A program made the translations under genes and the position numbers. The notes beneath the pieces were generated by a model. The model was not told the DNA's origin, searched no databases, and saw nothing but the letters and a program-made list of their open reading frames with translations. DNA of 64,000 nucleotides, from assembly GCA_016748015.1 (NCBI GenBank), contig JAAOMT010000479.1, forward strand, positions 148,427-212,426, written 5' to 3'. Each line of letters begins with the position of its first letter. Positions within the stretch are counted from its first letter, which is position 1. This document shows positions 63,482 through 64,000 of the stretch, in pieces. Source of the DNA: Geosiphon pyriformis uo1 (taxonomy: Eukaryota > Fungi > Glomeromycota).

Positions 63482-64000
63482 ATCTTATAATATTAACAAA
63501 AATTTGATATATATTTAGAATAAGGTTTTAAATACTTACTATTCACAATTTTTTTTCTTTCCCCTTTTTGTTTTTTTCCTTCACAAATTAATTTAAATCC
63601 GTAAATAGGTAAAATTGGTAACGAAATTTTTTTTTTTCAATTGAAACTTAGATTAGGAATTTCAATTGGGGGTGATAAAAAGTTTTAATTTTCAAATTTT
63701 GTAAAGTCACAAATAAATTGTTTCTTTACTCTAAAAATGAGATGGTTAAAGTTTTTTTAAGACGATAAATCTTTGTTTTTTTGTTTATTTTCTTTTTAAA
63801 TATCCCCCCAATATGTTTTTTGATTCATTTTTATTTTGTAATTCATGTTTTGATAATCTTCAATATTTATTATTGTATTTTCTAATGAGGAATAAACGAG
63901 TTCGGTGTGTTTTAGGCTTTTTTGGTGTAAAATTCCACGATCATGATATATTTTATAGCCAGTACAAAAAAGACTTTTTTTTTTTTTTTTTTTTTTTTTT

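Noticed and set aside
27700-64000. tRNA, rRNA, snRNA or ribozyme genes
   Set aside because: No cloverleaf, A/B boxes or conserved cores found by eye; a covariance-model scan is needed to exclude them fully.

Overview
Eukaryotic, very AT-rich fungal DNA. The repeat proteins and the MATA-type HMG gene point to Glomeromycotina; a Geosiphon-like source is my inference from memory, not a search result. There are three zones. (1) 1-22.7 kb is a nested, decayed transposon stack. A + strand LINE (ORF1; APE-RT-RNase H-Zn finger ORF2; polyA at 22702-22714) carries a solo LTR (15782-16716) and a - strand Ty3/Gypsy element B (5' LTR 14379-15243, running off the window start). The gag of B is split by a complete relative, element A (3848-13568). 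(2) 22.7-27.7 kb is a near C/G-free relic of older LTR elements. (3) 27.7-64 kb is a CpG-retaining, microsatellite-rich, gene-poor region with no recognisable TEs. It holds one intact HMG-box transcription factor gene (46237-47070, -), a spliced Cys-rich pseudogene (35599-36291), a possible ML-domain-like gene remnant (28441-29050) and many HMG-box binding motifs. The most unusual system is the Gypsy family. It has a probable GUG-initiated single reading frame gag-PR-[~300 aa Cys-rich insert]-dUTPase-[degenerate dUTPase-like unit]-RT-RNase H. Integrase sits in a different frame with its own ATG and is followed in frame by an unknown ~204 aa ORF. The LTRs have swapped U3 repeat arrays, and decay is by almost pure C>T/G>A transitions, mostly outside CpG. 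All alignments and counts were done by eye.
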